A stretch of DNA of 32,000 nucleotides from an uncultured archaeon (GTDB lineage Archaea; Asgardarchaeota; Thorarchaeia; Thorarchaeales; CAZPUN01), in NCBI GenBank assembly GCA_964589775.1, contig CAZPUN010000017.1:60001-92000 (forward strand). The letters are read 5' to 3'. Both the position numbers and the translations under genes were made by a program. The notes beneath the pieces are model-generated. The model was not told the origin of the DNA. It did not search any database and saw nothing but the letters and a program-made list of their open reading frames with translations. This document shows, in pieces, positions 25,521-32,000 of the stretch. Positions within the stretch are counted from its first letter, which is position 1. Each line of letters starts with the position of its first letter.

Positions 25521-27539
25521 TTACGAATCCTGACGCGAACGGCGATATTCTTCAATAATATCAAGGATTCGTTTTTCATTGCGCTTTTTATGCTCATTTT
25601 CAATAAAATGCAAGGATCGTTCCAATTGCTCTTCAAATATATTTCGATCAATATATGCAATATTGTTAATAATTTCATAAGAAATATCTGAAGAAAAAAT
25701 AAACGGAATACGAAGCTCAATTAGACGCTCAAACGATAAATGTGTTGGATTACCATTTAATATTACGGCACGAATTTTCTTATTATACAAATAATCTACA
25801 GTAGAAACACCACCACCGCTTGCATCATTAAAGAATAATATGTCACCACGTCGTATTCCAATTAAATCTTCAATTTTTAATATTGCATCCTTAGTAAAGG
25901 ATGAAACAATTTTGGCAGGAAGTACATCCCCACGAATATATGAATTTTCAATCCGTTTTAGTTGCTCAAGAGAACCTCTTAATTGTGCATTTTCACCTTC
26001 TAATTCATGCAAGGATTCCTCTAAGGCTCTAATTTTATGATTTAATTTTGTGATTAGACGATCCTTTCGAATATTCCGATACGTTTTTGTTTGGGAATAT
26101 TTTATGTAATCTTCTAATTCTGAAATTTTAAACTTCAAATAACGATTCTCAGATAATACTTGTTCAAATTTTTCAGATAATTCATTAAATTCGTTGCGTA
26201 ATTGTTGCATTTTTTTAAGTAATTTATCAATATCAATAGTAGATTCTTTAGTTTCATGAGAAGAAACTGCTTCAGGTATTTTTGGCAATACCTTTTTAAT
26301 GGCTTCGTTTATGTTAAGTCCACGAAGAACTAAAGCTTTAACTAAGTTTCCATCAATATAATGTGGAAGTTCCATTATTTTTTGCTCAACTTGCGTGATT
26401 TTTGCCTTATAATGGTTAAACGCTTTAATTGCCGCGGCTAAAGCATCACGCTCATGTGAATCATTAATGGATACATTGGGAGGAAGAGAACGCATTAAAT
26501 GCTGCTTTTCTGAAATTGAATAAGGATGTTCTGGTAAATATAATCGAGCATTATAAATGGAGGATATTTTTTTAACAATCTGTGGGGGACTAGGAACATC
26601 AGAAGTTACAACTACAGGGGTCCCAAATTCTAACAAAATCTTTAGTAAATCACTTCTAGAAAGATTTTTTGCACTATTTATATAAATAATTTCACCATCT
26701 AAATTAATCATTGCAATTCCGATATTTGTTCCAGCATCAAGCCCTAATATATAAAAATCAGCATTTGAGGACAAAAGATTAGATTCAATAGATAAAGGTA
26801 CGAATGATATTTGCTTTCGTACCGGATATACATTAACACGTATATCAGAAGTTCTGAATGGATGAATAATTGATCTAACATCAGAATATGCGCCAAAAAC
26901 AGTTATCGTAGCGGAACTCAAACCTGAATCGGATATTCTCGTATTTACTTCGAATTTAAAATTGTGATCTTTTAATTTTGATGTTACCTCGTTAAAATAT
27001 TCTTTAATTAAAGTATGTAATCGTCTACGATATCTATTTGCGCTTTGACCACCTTTTCCAATAGAACGTCCTCTAGAAATTTTAATAATTGTTTCAGATT
27101 CGAATACATGTAGAAACGACCCAATGCCCATAGCAGCTAATCTGGCAGAAATTTCAGCAGTCTCAATAGCTGTAAGTTTTCTACTAAAATGATACCCAAT
27201 TCGACGAGCTAAAACTTTTAATGAAATCATTCTTGGAGGGGACCCAGTTACTTGAACTATTTTTGTATAAGTTGGAATTTTCGCCAAAATTGTATAAACA
27301 CCCTTAATATTAGGAAATATTTCAAATATATTATCAGTCGCAACGATTGATACTTTATTTTTTTTAATAATTGAAATTACTTCATTCAACGAAATAAGAT
27401 TATATTTTTCTTGGATACTATCATCTTTGAGTAATACAGCAGAAAATTTAGCACCCGAATGAGATAAGGGACTTCCAGATGCAATATCAAGCCCTAAAAT
27501 AACTTCGTTTCTTAATTCCATTTTATCATCAGTATCCAC
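25521..27539 (-). CDS. DUF460/COG2433 protein (RNase H-fold domains plus coiled coil)
   Basis: ILGLDI, ATDNIFE, QVTG, GKGGQSANRYRR, GLDAG, HERDALAAA, long coiled coil, IIEEYR. Confidence 0.9.
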   Translation of the reverse strand: MDTDDKMELRNEVILGLDIASGSPLSHSGAKFSAVLLKDDSIQEKYNLISLNEVISIIKKNKVSIVATDNIFEIFPNIKGVYTILAKIPTYTKIVQVTGSPPRMISLKVLARRIGYHFSRKLTAIETAEISARLAAMGIGSFLHVFESETIIKISRGRSIGKGGQSANRYRRRLHTLIKEYFNEVTSKLKDHNFKFEVNTRISDSGLSSATITVFGAYSDVRSIIHPFRTSDIRVNVYPVRKQISFVPLSIESNLLSSNADFYILGLDAGTNIGIAMINLDGEIIYINSAKNLSRSDLLKILLEFGTPVVVTSDVPSPPQIVKKISSIYNARLYLPEHPYSISEKQHLMRSLPPNVSINDSHERDALAAAIKAFNHYKAKITQVEQKIMELPHYIDGNLVKALVLRGLNINEAIKKVLPKIPEAVSSHETKESTIDIDKLLKKMQQLRNEFNELSEKFEQVLSENRYLKFKISELEDYIKYSQTKTYRNIRKDRLITKLNHKIRALEESLHELEGENAQLRGSLEQLKRIENSYIRGDVLPAKIVSSFTKDAILKIEDLIGIRRGDILFFNDASGGGVSTVDYLYNKKIRAVILNGNPTHLSFERLIELRIPFIFSSDISYEIINNIAYIDRNIFEEQLERSLHFIENEHKKRNEKRILDIIEEYRRSRQDS

Positions 27540-27593
27540 TATTTTCCTTCAATTATTATTTTAATAAAGAATTATATGAGATTTCCGAAATAA

Positions 27594-28460
27594 TCATAAT
27601 ATTTTATTAAGTATATCCTTATGAGATATAGAATAACCCAATTCAGTAAAGAATGTAGAAATATTGAACAGATCACGCTCTAAAAATTTCATTCCATATT
27701 TTGATGTTAGGGGAACTGCTTGCCCCCAATCGATAATGAAGGGCTTTAAATCACTAAGGCGAATTATTATATTATATGCACTTAAATCGCCATGAACAAG
27801 ATGTGCATTTTTTGAAATTCGTATGACATTTTCTAAAATTAAATCTACCATGTCTTCACTTATTAATTCTTTGTCGATCTCAGATAATAGAATACCATCA
27901 ATATACTCAAGTAATACAACATTATTTGCAATAGACTTTGGCATAGGTACACTGACTTTTGATTCCCACGCTTTTATTAAATTATTAAATTCTCTTTTTG
28001 CAGAGTCTTTTGAAAGAATAAACCAGTTTACATCAATAGGGCTTATATTTCTAGAACGAACTACAGATTTAAAACTTGGAAAACCTAGCCTAAAGATTTT
28101 AACAGCCAAAATTTCATTTATAGGAGATATACCTTTCAGAACATAGGATTCTTTACCGACACCAATATTTCCTAACAAGCCACTTATTTGATTCTTAACC
28201 TTAAGATAGTGTAAAGAAATCAAATCAAGTCCATACGGTTCAAGAGCAACACCAAAATAAGGCGATTTCTTAACTTTTATTAATCCATATCCTTTTAAAT
28301 ATTTCAAAATGTTTTCAACTGCTTCTTCTGAAGTTTTTAATTTTTTAGACAATAATTTTACTGGAACAAATTTATATTTATTCAAATTATGTTCAAGGAA
28401 TGTTAAGATTTCAATATCAATATCTCGGAGGATACTTAGTGCTTTGTATAATTGATACAT
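27594..28460 (-). CDS. rio2: RIO2-type serine/threonine kinase
   Basis: N-terminal winged helix, IGVGKES, VKIFRLG, SAKREF, HGDLSAYN, IIDWGQ, LERD. Confidence 0.92.
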   Translation of the reverse strand: MYQLYKALSILRDIDIEILTFLEHNLNKYKFVPVKLLSKKLKTSEEAVENILKYLKGYGLIKVKKSPYFGVALEPYGLDLISLHYLKVKNQISGLLGNIGVGKESYVLKGISPINEILAVKIFRLGFPSFKSVVRSRNISPIDVNWFILSKDSAKREFNNLIKAWESKVSVPMPKSIANNVVLLEYIDGILLSEIDKELISEDMVDLILENVIRISKNAHLVHGDLSAYNIIIRLSDLKPFIIDWGQAVPLTSKYGMKFLERDLFNISTFFTELGYSISHKDILNKIL

Positions 28461-28565
28461 AATTTTTAGAAGTTGTTTTTTAATTAAAAATTCTTTGATT
28501 TAAAACTTAATTTATAAATTTAAATATCTATAGAAATTAGTAAAAATACAAAATATAGTAAAATC

Positions 28566-28859
28566 GTGATTAATATGACAGATAAAAAAACATACGCAAT
28601 TCAATTAAACGATAACGAACAAGATTTAGAAATTTTAAAAGTAATAATCTCGTCATGGAATGTATTAAAAGTCCTAAAACAAGGAAAACAGGATATAACA
28701 ACAATTGCAAAAGAAATTAATCAAACAGAAGCAAATATCAGTATGAAAATAAAAAAATTACAAAAATTGGGTATTGTAAAATGTTTCTTTGAACCAGCAG
28801 AACATGGCGTAAGAAAAATTTGCGAGATTCAACCAACGGAAATAAAAATAGTTCTATGA
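28566..28859 (+). CDS. ArsR-like winged-helix transcriptional regulator
   Basis: DITTIAKEINQTEANISMKIKKLQKLGIV helix-turn-helix and GVRKIC wing. Start is GTG 28566 or ATG 28575. Confidence 0.82.
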   Translation: MINMTDKKTYAIQLNDNEQDLEILKVIISSWNVLKVLKQGKQDITTIAKEINQTEANISMKIKKLQKLGIVKCFFEPAEHGVRKICEIQPTEIKIVL

Positions 28860-29309
28860 GCCAGATAAGATTTTTCGCCATTTTTCAATATTTGAGATTA
28901 TATAATCTTTTTGATCATCAGATAAAAGGGGAACACTCCATTTTGTCACCTCATCACACAAAGATTCAACTTCACGACGTATTGTTGTAAATTCGGAATC
29001 GCCAATAAGTCTCAATAATGATTGTCGAATTATTTCTGCAATATCAAAAGAAGACAACGAACTCGTTTTAATTTCATTTATTAATGGATCAATTACACGA
29101 GAAACCTTAGATGGCGGAATGGCAGGAATACTTTTTGATGTAGATTCTTTGATTTTTGAACCCTCGATAGAACGAGTAGATGAGGAAAAATCAATTCGAT
29201 TTAGAGTGTCTTTAATTTCAATAATTTTATTTGAAAGAATTCGTAAAACAGTTTGCATCTCTTCAAGGTCGCTAAGAATCTTTTCTATCTCCGGAGATTT
29301 TTCAGACAT
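28854..29309 (-). CDS. Hypothetical protein (N-terminal coiled coil, S/P-rich linker, helical bundle)
   Basis: Intact ORF with heptad pattern LSDLEEMQTVLRILSNKIIEIKDTL; no family recognised. Confidence 0.65.
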   Translation of the reverse strand: MSEKSPEIEKILSDLEEMQTVLRILSNKIIEIKDTLNRIDFSSSTRSIEGSKIKESTSKSIPAIPPSKVSRVIDPLINEIKTSSLSSFDIAEIIRQSLLRLIGDSEFTTIRREVESLCDEVTKWSVPLLSDDQKDYIISNIEKWRKILSGS

Positions 29310-29357
29310 TTTAAACACAAATTGTATAATAGCCCAAAAGGAATAAAAAGTTTATTA

Positions 29358-30299
29358 CTAAAGACGTTCATTAATTAAATCATTCAACTCGTGAAAACTT
29401 TCTAAATCTTTTAAGATTTTAACCTCCAATAAAACGACCCCATCGATATTATCGGTTTCAGCTTTCTCATTTATGAACATTACAGCAGGTTCGTTAAATA
29501 TATTTGAAAAGCTAGAAATAAGAGATATTTTTTTCTTAATTCTATGTGTATTCATTTTTGCAATTCCGGATATTAATCGATATTTTTCTTTTGTAATAAA
29601 ATTAAATGGAGAACGCCTAGTCCATATAGGCTCCAATCCAATTCTACGGATATATAGATCAATCACTTGCTCTATCGCAGCCTCAGGCATCCAACTAGGC
29701 TCTTCAGGAGGCTCAAATCGTTCGGAAAACGAAATAGGTTCAATAAGATCAATATCTAATATCTCTTCTAATGCAATAGCTATATCTAAAGATACGGAGA
29801 TTTCACCACCCTCATATGCAAATAAAGCTCGGGGAGTTATATTCAAAAGAGTTGATAATTCACGAACGGAGATATTCTTTGCTTTTCTTGCATTTTTTAA
29901 AGCCTCAGCATTAATTTTTACAAATCTACCTCCGCGTTGAACAAAAATATAAGGTAATGTTCTATTAACAAGAAATGCTAAGAAAGTTTCGACACTTACA
30001 GCAGGAACACCATATCTCTCATAAATCATATCTTTTTCTAGAATAGTACGACGATTGCGATATCCAATTATGATTGGTGTAGCTCTTAGAATCTTGGCTA
30101 AATATGATAATTCCTCAGCATCTTCCGATTTAAATGCATCTACATTATATAATATCTTAATTAATAATATTTCATAGTCTTTTCGAGCAACGATATCAAA
30201 ACAGCTAGGTCTAAGATCGCAAAAGGTGGATACTACATAGCCATTATCTTCTAATGCATTTTGTATAAGAGATATGATTTCTTTTCGTGTGTTAGACAT
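29358..30299 (-). CDS. COG1395-type HTH transcriptional regulator (nuclease-like domain plus Cro/C1 HTH)
   Basis: SCFDIVAR...LLIKILYNVD, YERYGVPAV, RGG.FVKI, XRE-type HTH. Likely start ATG 30299. Confidence 0.88.
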   Translation of the reverse strand: MSNTRKEIISLIQNALEDNGYVVSTFCDLRPSCFDIVARKDYEILLIKILYNVDAFKSEDAEELSYLAKILRATPIIIGYRNRRTILEKDMIYERYGVPAVSVETFLAFLVNRTLPYIFVQRGGRFVKINAEALKNARKAKNISVRELSTLLNITPRALFAYEGGEISVSLDIAIALEEILDIDLIEPISFSERFEPPEEPSWMPEAAIEQVIDLYIRRIGLEPIWTRRSPFNFITKEKYRLISGIAKMNTHRIKKKISLISSFSNIFNEPAVMFINEKAETDNIDGVVLLEVKILKDLESFHELNDLINERL

Positions 30300-30389
30300 T
30301 CGTATCCACCAAGTATATATTTTATATCTATTCAATTTATAAGAATTAAGATATTACAAAAAATAAATTATATGTTTTTTACATAAAAA

Positions 30390-30830
30390 TCATTTAACAC
30401 TAAATGCGATAATACTAAGGGTGCGAAACATTTTTCGAAATTGCATAATATGAGGCTTATATAGGACAAAAGAACTACTATCAATTTTTTTAAGATATTC
30501 GGAATAGTTTTCTGTAGAAATCTCGCCTAACACAATTTTTACAGATAAAACATTGTATTTTGAACCACTAACAGTATATGCACCACTACCAAGATCAATA
30601 CGCCTCAAAAATACAATAGGTAATGAAACATATCTGTAAAATTTATCAGGAATTAATGAAATAAACTCTTTAAATTCTGATTCTGAAATATAATGATATG
30701 ATGAATCTTTTAATTTGAAATGAAATAATTTATTCTTTAAGATAGTCTCAATGTTTCGAAATTCGACAGGAACATGATCATTCAAATGCGATAGTTCATT
30801 CTCAATGACTTTATCAATAAATTTAAACAT
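30390..30830 (-). CDS. DUF61 (UPF0216) family protein
   Basis: LNDHVP, LKDSSYH, LPIVF, G.Y.VSG, LYKP; next to fibrillarin. ATG 30830 has a GAGG SD. Confidence 0.75.
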   Translation of the reverse strand: MFKFIDKVIENELSHLNDHVPVEFRNIETILKNKLFHFKLKDSSYHYISESEFKEFISLIPDKFYRYVSLPIVFLRRIDLGSGAYTVSGSKYNVLSVKIVLGEISTENYSEYLKKIDSSSFVLYKPHIMQFRKMFRTLSIIAFSVK

Positions 30831-30846
30831 TTTGAGATCCTCGGAA

Positions 30847-31533
30847 TTACTTATATTTTGCAAGGATCATTATATGGTCTTTTTCAAGAGGATCAAGATT
30901 TATTTGTTCAAGAATTTCAATACCATGGTCTATGAGATATTTTATTTCATTTTTGTAAATAGACTTAGGGTCTTTTGTTACATCAATACTTCTAGCTTTT
31001 ATTGCTAATAAGATATACGAATTGTTTTTCGCATAAAATTCTGCATTTTTAACAACAATTTCTGATTGAAATGGTTGTGCAATATCCTGATAAAGAACAT
31101 CTACAGTATTAACAAAATGAGAATACATGTCGGGCTTTCTAGCATCAGCAACAATAGGTGCAATATTCTTACGGGATCTAGCTAAGACCACTAAAGACCT
31201 TGAAACATGAGGGGCGAATTCAACAGCATATATCATACCACGATCTAAGACAATGTCAGAAATATGACTTACTGTGGTACCTGAAGCCGCGCCCAAATAT
31301 AAAACAGTACTCCCAGGAACAACAGGAAGTTTATTCAGACCACTTAATATAGCTGCAGACAATTTTGAACGATAGGGTGACCAAATTCGAAATTCTTCTG
31401 ATTTGAAATTAACTAAACGCTCACCATAAACAGACTTACCCGGCGTTAAATTTTTCGTTGCAAGTTTAGTAGTATTAACTTGTTTAACATAGTACACACC
31501 AGAAAATTTAGGATGCGGTTCCACAATATTCAT
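30847..31533 (-). CDS. flpA: Fibrillarin-like rRNA/tRNA 2'-O-methyltransferase
   Basis: VYGE, WSPYRSKLSAA, VLYLGAASGTTVSHISD, DIAQP, IKARSID. Confidence 0.98.
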   Translation of the reverse strand: MNIVEPHPKFSGVYYVKQVNTTKLATKNLTPGKSVYGERLVNFKSEEFRIWSPYRSKLSAAILSGLNKLPVVPGSTVLYLGAASGTTVSHISDIVLDRGMIYAVEFAPHVSRSLVVLARSRKNIAPIVADARKPDMYSHFVNTVDVLYQDIAQPFQSEIVVKNAEFYAKNNSYILLAIKARSIDVTKDPKSIYKNEIKYLIDHGIEILEQINLDPLEKDHIMILAKYK

Positions 31534-31534
31534 T

Positions 31535-32000
31535 TTAATTTCGTCTCCGTTTAGATTTCTTACCTTTCGATTTATTTTTCCGCTTACTTGATTTTACTTT
31601 ACGTGAAGATTTCTTAGGAGCTACAGGATATTTTCGCCTAATTTCATCCAATCTCTTTTGAAAACGTAGTTGAAGATATTCTGAAATATTTCTTCGCGAT
31701 ATTGAATCAACTTTTGCAGCTATAGAAATTAACCCAGACAGCATACGTGCAATTTTTCCACGTTGCCAATAGGGTGCCAGACCAATAGCAGGATGCTGAA
31801 AGATTATTCCATGTTTTGGAGGATTTGCACCACTTTTTAATGATCTAAATAAAGCTTTTTCTGCACCCAATACTTGAATTGTACTTGATGGCTTAGATGC
31901 AAGGACTTCAAGACCCCCGGCGAGACTTATCAATCTTGCACCTAATAAGGCACCAACTAAAGATGTAATGTTTGGTGCAATCTTATTCATTTTAGTTTCA
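31535..32000 (-). CDS. nop5: C/D box sRNP protein Nop5 (Nop56/58), C-terminal part (5' end outside the window)
   Basis: APN...LGARLISLAGGL..LA..PSSTIQVLGAEKALF, PKHGIIFQHP, RGKIAR, Lys-rich tail; frame open to the edge. Confidence 0.97.
   Translation of the reverse strand, partial: ETKMNKIAPNITSLVGALLGARLISLAGGLEVLASKPSSTIQVLGAEKALFRSLKSGANPPKHGIIFQHPAIGLAPYWQRGKIARMLSGLISIAAKVDSISRRNISEYLQLRFQKRLDEIRRKYPVAPKKSSRKVKSSKRKNKSKGKKSKRRRN

Noticed and set aside
8169-31008. Other short overlapping ORFs in the track (e.g. 9967-10413, 13973-14239, 18468-18764, 25511-25720, 27823-28146, 29473-29940)
   Set aside because: They overlap well-supported genes on the opposite strand or in another frame and have unnatural composition.
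1-32000. CRISPR arrays, IS elements, integrases, inteins, rRNA
   Set aside because: No regularly spaced repeats, transposase or integrase motifs, oversized conserved proteins, or long GC-rich non-coding stretches seen by eye.

Overview
Archaeal chromosomal core region, AT-rich outside the ribosomal genes. Gene content and order fit a TACK/Asgard-type archaeon, Asgard most likely (inference). Almost all genes are on the minus strand. In coordinate order: (1) the rpl19e(partial)-to-rpl22 part of the S10/spc ribosomal protein superoperon, which starts at rpl22 with its own TATA/BRE promoter and a ~190-nt, heavily base-paired 5' leader; (2) four uncharacterised genes (winged helix, Zn-ribbon plus tandem winged helix, TFB/cyclin-fold-like, coiled coil); (3) a ferredoxin, DUF211, a lone hypD, mobA and a korDABC 2-oxoacid:ferredoxin oxidoreductase operon; (4) an informational superoperon, in transcription order METTL5-like methylase, csl4, rpoL, membrane protein, RNase III-like, TFS, RPA3-like, PCNA, priL, priS, GINS51; (5) a degenerate SufS-like protein, glmS, DUF460, RIO2, an HTH regulator, COG1395, DUF61, fibrillarin and nop5 (partial). 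I saw no rRNA, complete tRNA, CRISPR array or mobile element. The best leads are the structured RNA leader upstream of rpl22 with a possible leaderless uORF, priS lacking a canonical start codon, the unannotated four-gene cluster, and a SufS-like protein missing its PLP lysine. All family calls come from motif recognition; no database searches were run.
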